DNA from: Octopus vulgaris
Taxonomy: Eukaryota
Length of the DNA: 64,000 nucleotides
Direction: 5' to 3'
Assembly (NCBI GenBank): GCA_951406725.2
Contig: OX597819.1
Span: 90,520,001 to 90,584,000, forward strand
Of this stretch, positions 63,058 to 64,000 are shown piece by piece (position 1 is the stretch's first letter; each line of letters begins with the position of its first letter). The notes below the pieces were generated by a model. That model was not told where the DNA came from. It searched no databases and was given only the letters and a program-made list of their open reading frames with translations. The position numbers were made by a program, and so were the translations under genes.

Positions 63058-63088
<31 letters not shown>

Positions 63089-63172
63089 GTACTTGTTTCA
63101 GTCATTTGACTGCGGCCATGCTGGAGCACCGCCTTTAGAGTGGTGAAAGAGTACAGCAGGGATCACCACCAT

Positions 63173-63221
<49 letters not shown>

Positions 63222-63629
63222 TCATACACACACACATGCAGAATCATATTATTTTTTTTTTTTTAACACACACATTCAAATTAGTCATTCTGTCACCTAT
63301 TACAATGAATATGTGTGCAAGGATGTCACACATTGTGAAGTTTCTCTTTTTCTCTATGTATTGTTGCTATTAATAAACATATATATTTCTCACACATACA
63401 CAGATTGATATACAATTTCAGGTCAGACCATTGTTGAAATCATTACTATATCTATTTTATTCAGGAATTTCCCATCCTTTTTTAAAATTTTTGGTAGCAA
63501 TTTTCTAATTACATTTTTACAATTACTTTGTGTGTTGCAACTAGCATTTCAGATTCATGACATATTTTAATTAGCTGTTAATAGACACTTCAGCTGTTAA
63601 TTAGAATGTGTAATGTTTTGTTACAGATA

Positions 63630-63780
63630 GGTGCAGGCATGGCTGTACAATTAAGAAGCTTGCTTGGCAACCAGTCACATGGTTTCAGGTTCAATCCCAC
63701 TGTGTGGCATTTTGGACAAGCATTGTCTGCTATAGCTTGAGCTTGACCAATACCTTGTGAGTGAATTTGTTAAACAGAAA
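63630..63780 (+). mobile_element. SINE head, followed by (TA)n and an RTE 3'-UTR fragment to the window end
   Basis: GGTGCAGGCATGGCTGT..TAAGAAGCTTGC...GGTTCAATCCCACTG. Confidence 0.7.
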
Positions 63781-63798
63781 CACACATGTACATATATT

Positions 63799-63843
<45 letters not shown>

Positions 63844-64000
63844 CCAGTGCCGGTGGGATGTCGAAACTCTACTTGTGAAGACCCGTTGAGGCAAGTGAGG
63901 ATCAGAATCGAAATCGATCAATGGAAATCGATCAATGGAAATTGCAGATGTGTTACCAGTGCTGGTGGGATGTAAGAGAACCTTCCGTTTCGCGACCGTT

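Overview
AT-rich, repeat-dense eukaryotic genomic DNA. The SINE, RTE and microsatellite content looks like an octopod cephalopod (Octopus sp.); this is an inference from recognised repeat families. The window holds one complete protein-coding gene, Rab7 (+ strand): a probable non-coding exon 1 ending at 12608 behind a CpG-rich promoter (CTCF-like, CRE, CLEAR-like and YY1 motifs), four coding exons (15438-15490, 26314-26440, 38326-38544, 39418-39636; 618 nt, 205 aa, C-terminal CGC) and a roughly 2 kb 3' UTR. The rest is transposon debris: the 5' half of a Hero-clade non-LTR retrotransposon, RTE LINEs and their 3'-UTR fragments, tRNA-derived SINEs, mariner/maT, hAT and piggyBac-type MITEs, R4/Dong-like endonuclease fragments and Penelope-like fragments. 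Most ORFs in the supplied track are spurious. The most notable non-obvious signals are three minimal hammerhead-ribozyme motifs, hammerhead-like core motifs in the Hero 5' UTR, an RLE retrotransposon sitting in a (CATA)n tract, a PHD-like finger inside the RTE polymerase, and a diverged duplication with a codon-like substitution pattern across a shared TGA. I cannot show a new biological system from sequence alone; these are testable leads.
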